Assembly (NCBI GenBank): GCA_030390025.1 | Contig: CM059434.1 | Span: forward strand, 45,384,001 to 45,448,000 | Origin: Squalus acanthias | Lineage: Eukaryota | Reading direction: 5' to 3' | DNA: 64,000 nucleotides | Shown: positions 61,532-64,000 of the stretch, in pieces | Numbering within the stretch: position 1 is the first letter of the stretch | Layout: the number at the start of each line of letters is the position of its first letter | The notes under the pieces: generated by a model | The model's database searches: none | The model's input: the letters and a program-made list of their open reading frames with translations, nothing else | Told to the model about the DNA's origin: nothing | Made by a program: the position numbers and the translations under genes

Positions 61532-61848
61532 GAATTCCTCCTGTTGTACCTAGTATCACATGCTGTTCAGACCCTACACCTGGAGAGGAGGTGACTTTAT
61601 GCTGTAATATATGTGCATATTTTCCAAAAGATATTAAAGTAGAATGGTACAGAGGCAAGGCAATAATTGAGCCAAATGACAAATGTGGAGTGATTATAGA
61701 AGAATCCATCGAGGACACATATTTCAAGTTCACAGAATTAACTTTCACTGCAAGCGCCGACGATGATCAAATGGAATACAAGATTAAAGTTACTCGGATA
61801 AGTTCAAACACATCACCTACAGAACGCAGTTTCCTGCTTCGGTTTTGA
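61532..61848 (+). CDS. NCR3LG1-like: B7-H6-like gene exon 9, post-TM Ig domain 5, ending in TGA two nt before an intact GT donor
   Basis: Phase-1 acceptor TTCATTTCAG; VTLCCNICAYFPKDIKVEWYR...MEYKIKVT...ERSFLLRF*. Confidence 0.82.
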
Positions 61849-62377
61849 TGGTAATTTAAACCTTTCACTTGATCACAATACATTAAAGTATATAGATATT
61901 GTAGATGTAGATTTTTGGGGATCCATAAGTAGATCTTATTATAAAGGCTTACTTTAGAATATGCACGTAGTTTAATTTGTAAAGGTGAACTTTTTCAAAT
62001 GTTGAAGGACGCTGCGATTATCTCAAATTGTTAGGATTCTGAGTACCAATATTTGGAAGATAAACCGTACTAAAAGTATGTGTTGAAAAAAATTACATTT
62101 CAACAATTCCTATACCGTGCAACTTTGTTTTCAGCTCTGCAGGCAATTTTTAGACTAACTTTGCTGCACTCAGTATTATTTTCTTAACGTATGAACCGTA
62201 CAGGTTCTGCAGTTCCCAATAATTAAGCTAAAATTATTTCTGTTTTTTTGGGGTTGGAAGAAGTTGGAGCTGTAAGCTGCCTGGCTATCTAAGCATGTGG
62301 TAGCTGTGGCTGCCATGATTATTATAGCTTTAATTAAAACATCGAAAATTATCAACTCTATTATATATTAAAAACAG

Positions 62378-62942
62378 TGGCCCTGATTTTAACTTCCCTC
62401 CACCTGTTGGAAACCACGTGGGCATCAATTGAAATGGAATGGGGGAACTTGCTACTTTCCTGCCCTGATTTGACCAACTGCAATCAGGCGAGTCCTCTTT
62501 AAATGTGCTATTTTAACTGGAACCTAAGTGGGGAGCAGTGACGACATCCCCATCAGGCCAAACCTGCCGGAAGCTGGATGGTGGACCAGAGGAGGGCCAG
62601 GCAGTTTAGTTTTAAAAACATTTTTTAGGTTTCTTTCTGGGCCAGAAGGAGCAGGAGTGCTCAAGGCCCCACAAGGAAGTCTTGGATCTCCGTAGCCCTG
62701 GGCTTCCCCCAATCGCAATCGCCCATCCGCCCGCCCCCCCTCCCCCCCCCTCCCTTTCTCAGACTACCAGGAACCGTTCCCGCCCAAATGTTCATTCATG
62801 CCCGCCAGTCAAGCCATATTTTCTGCTGGGTTTGGGTGGGTTTCGGGGCTTGGATATGGAAAACTCTCTGGGCCTTCATGTATTGTTGCTTGCCCTGACG
62901 CCTCACATGGATGTATCCCGTCCTGCAATAAAATCGGGTCCC
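62378..62942. mobile_element. Harbinger-type MITE
   Basis: Ends GGCCCTGATTTTA / reverse complement GGGACCCGATTTTA. Confidence 0.6.
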
Positions 62943-63044
62943 ATGTGTGGTCTTAAAATTCTAATAACGCATCTGTGGGTGGCACTGAGGTGAGCTTAAC
63001 TTACATGACTCAATACAGTACAGATGGGTTGCATCTTACATTAT

Positions 63045-63570
63045 GACCCCGATATTTACTGGGGCGGGTCCCGGGGGGGAGAAGTTTTGTACAGAAATCC
63101 CGGAAGTCCGGGTTTCCCCACATGCTGTGAAGTAGCGTGTGTCTTTTTTTCTCTAGAAGGCTCCTCGTCCAGAAGCCAGCCTGATTGACAGGCTTGGCTC
63201 CCTGTCAGGCAGGAAGTGCTCTGGAGGAGGCCCCAGGAGCAGATAGGGAGCCTGCGTGGGCGGAGGGCAAGGGAGTCAGATCCTGAGGGGTGGTCCGCTC
63301 CCGGGGGTGTGTCCGTTTCTTGATCGCAGGAGGGGTCCGATACTGGGGGTCTTTGGATGGGGGCAGGGGTCTGATGGCCGGGGGAGGGTGGGGGGCGTTC
63401 TGATAGCGGGCAGGGAAGCATTCCTGCTCCTCTTGGTCCACAATCAGTTCCATAAAGGCCCTTACCTTTTCCACGAACTGGTCCTCACCTCCCTTCAGCT
63501 GTCCCAGAGTTAAACCTGGAAGATAGGTTAAATCTCAGGCATGCAGCCTCATTATATTTAAATGGCCATT
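63045..63570. mobile_element. GC-rich MITE fragment, related in reverse to 1-583
   Basis: GCCAGCCTGATTGACAGGCT and CGGGTTTCCCCACA mirror motifs at 400-505. Confidence 0.5.
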
Positions 63571-63809
63571 TGTGTTTATTTGCAATACCTAAAGCTCTGA
63601 TTGGTTCCCTTGGATGACAAGTCCTGATTGCTGACTGGTCCCCTTGGAGGACAAGACACAACCAGCAGTTTCTCTGGAATGTGTAATTAGATCCTCCCTG
63701 CCTACATAATCAGTTACTTTGCAAAGTGTAAATCGAGCCATTCTGACTGCCTACTCCAGACAGAGCACAGCTCACTTGGAACAGACAGGGCTCACCCTCG
63801 CGGGTTAAC

Positions 63810-64000
63810 ACCTTCCCCTGCCCCCACTGCCCAAGTTCCTGACCTCCTTCCCCCGCCCCTCCACCCAAGTACCTGACCTACCCTCCCCCCCCGCCCAAGT
63901 TTCTGACATTCTCCCCCGCCCAAGTTCCTGACCTTCCCCCGATTCCCTCTCTCTCCTCCGATCCCCCTCTCTCTCCTCCGATCCCCCTCTCTCCCCCTCC
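63810..64000. repeat. C-rich minisatellites (CCCGCCCAAGTTCCTGACC-like; CCGATCCCCCTCTCTCTCCT x3)
   Basis: Direct reading of tandem units. Confidence 0.8.

Noticed and set aside
51834-61848. Immunoglobulin heavy-chain (IgM/IgW/IgNAR) or TCR constant-region exons
   Set aside because: No D/J segments or RSS seen, the V exon is a spliced complete B7-type domain, the F-strand Cys is absent and the exons follow a TM exon
1-64000. CRISPR array, rRNA or prokaryotic operon-type system
   Set aside because: Intron-containing vertebrate DNA; no regularly spaced repeat-spacer array or rRNA-like sequence seen

Overview
Eukaryotic, vertebrate genomic DNA. The repeat content (Deu-domain SINEs, CR1 LINEs with 8-nt tandem tails, L2, RTE, abundant PIF/Harbinger elements) suggests a cartilaginous fish; this is an inference. 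Two host genes are present, divergently oriented. (1) The 5' end of a minus-strand 2-oxoglutarate/Fe(II) dioxygenase of the IPNS/DIOX_N type (coding exons 3515-3667 and 1010-1134, continuing off the left edge). (2) A plus-strand B7-H6/NCR3LG1-like gene spanning 15855-61848. Its nine GT-AG exons join in phase 1 into an 818-aa ORF: signal peptide - IgV - IgC1 - transmembrane helix - five further C1-like Ig domains. The five post-TM domains all lack the F-strand cysteine of the Ig disulfide, and one has no Cys at all, while the two ectodomains keep both. This points to a type I membrane protein with a tandem cytoplasmic Ig array, the most notable observation here. The array is still evolving: a tandem duplication has a near-identical exon pair in diverged introns, the last exon has a +1 stop just before an intact donor site, and an orphan Ig pseudo-exon lies upstream of the promoter. 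The introns hold four decayed two-gene Harbinger transposons, many related MITEs, multi-level nests and a 5'-inverted RTE insertion. All coordinates and identities were read by eye and may be off by a few nt. No database searches were run.
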